NCBI RefSeq assembly: GCF_006345805.1
Contig: NC_043010.1
Coordinates: forward strand, 6,200,001 to 6,264,000
Reading direction: 5' to 3'
From: Octopus sinensis
Taxonomy: Eukaryota
DNA: 64,000 nucleotides
The position numbers and the translations under genes were made by a program. Of this stretch, positions 63,488-64,000 are shown piece after piece; the first letter of the stretch is position 1; every line of letters begins with the position of its first letter. Below the pieces are notes generated by a model. That model made no database searches. It was not told the DNA's origin and saw only the letters and a list, made by a program, of their open reading frames with translations.

Positions 63488-64000
63488 TTTTGTTATTATA
63501 CATATGAAAAGAAGCCCGTCGTATATATGTATATATATATATATATGCGTGTGTGTGTTTGTGTGTCTGTGTTTGTTCCCCTAGCATTGCTTGCAAAACC
63601 GATGCTAGTGTGTTACGTCCCGTTAGTTAGCGTTCGGCAAAAGAGACTGATAGAATAAGACTGGGCTTACAAAGAATAAGTCCCGGGGTCGATTTGCTCG
63701 ATTTAAAGGCGGTGCTCCAGCATGGCCACAGTCAAATGACTGAAACAAATAAAAGAGTAAAAGAGTATATATATATATATATTTATATGCGTGTGTGGAT
63801 GTGTAGACGAAGACCAAGTTATATATAGAAAATACCAATGTAAGGGAGACAACTCAGTCCTGCCTGAATCCCTACGTCATCTTGTAATATGCTTTCTGCC
63901 TACAAAATTAAGTGATCATCACGTTTTTTCTCCTCCCAGTTGAGTCTCTGGCCATTTAAGTCTGATGAGTTACCTTACACAGCTAAGGATCTTTATAGCT

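Noticed and set aside
153-63838. Dozens of ORFs rich in HT/YI/CV/MYV/LSIY repeats
   Set aside because: These are translations of (CA)n, (TA)n, (TATG)n and (TCTA)n microsatellites, which lack stop codons in some frames.
25800-64000. Additional protocadherin cluster members
   Set aside because: No cadherin motifs in any supplied ORF or visible relic outside 21021-23441.

Overview
Eukaryotic, AT-rich, microsatellite- and repeat-saturated DNA, most likely from an octopus (coleoid cephalopod). That assignment is inferred from the protocadherin type, the tRNA/CORE-like SINE families and the (TA)/(CA)/(TATG)/(GATA) density. The only host gene I can support is a minus-strand protocadherin. It has one large exon (signal peptide, 6 cadherin repeats, TM, start of the cytoplasmic tail; 23441-21063) and a well-supported 160-bp second coding exon (18692-18533). 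Candidate 5'UTR and terminal exons are weaker. The rest is transposon debris: about 20 copies of one SINE family plus at least four other SINE-like families, RTE and CR1-type LINE fragments, a 5'-truncated Penelope-like element (RT + GIY-YIG), maT (DD37D) and mariner relics, non-autonomous Helitrons and a probable solo LTR. Most supplied ORFs are microsatellite or SINE artefacts. The most unusual observations are: (1) hammerhead-ribozyme cores, two of them in the loops of fold-back repeats; (2) a 120-bp tandem duplication of the protocadherin acceptor+ATG that creates an in-frame uORF and paired AG|GT sites; (3) a ~530-bp-arm inverted duplication; (4) internal multimerisation of several retroposons, including a ~20-copy 62-bp array with a 372-bp higher-order repeat. 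All coordinates and identities were read by eye.
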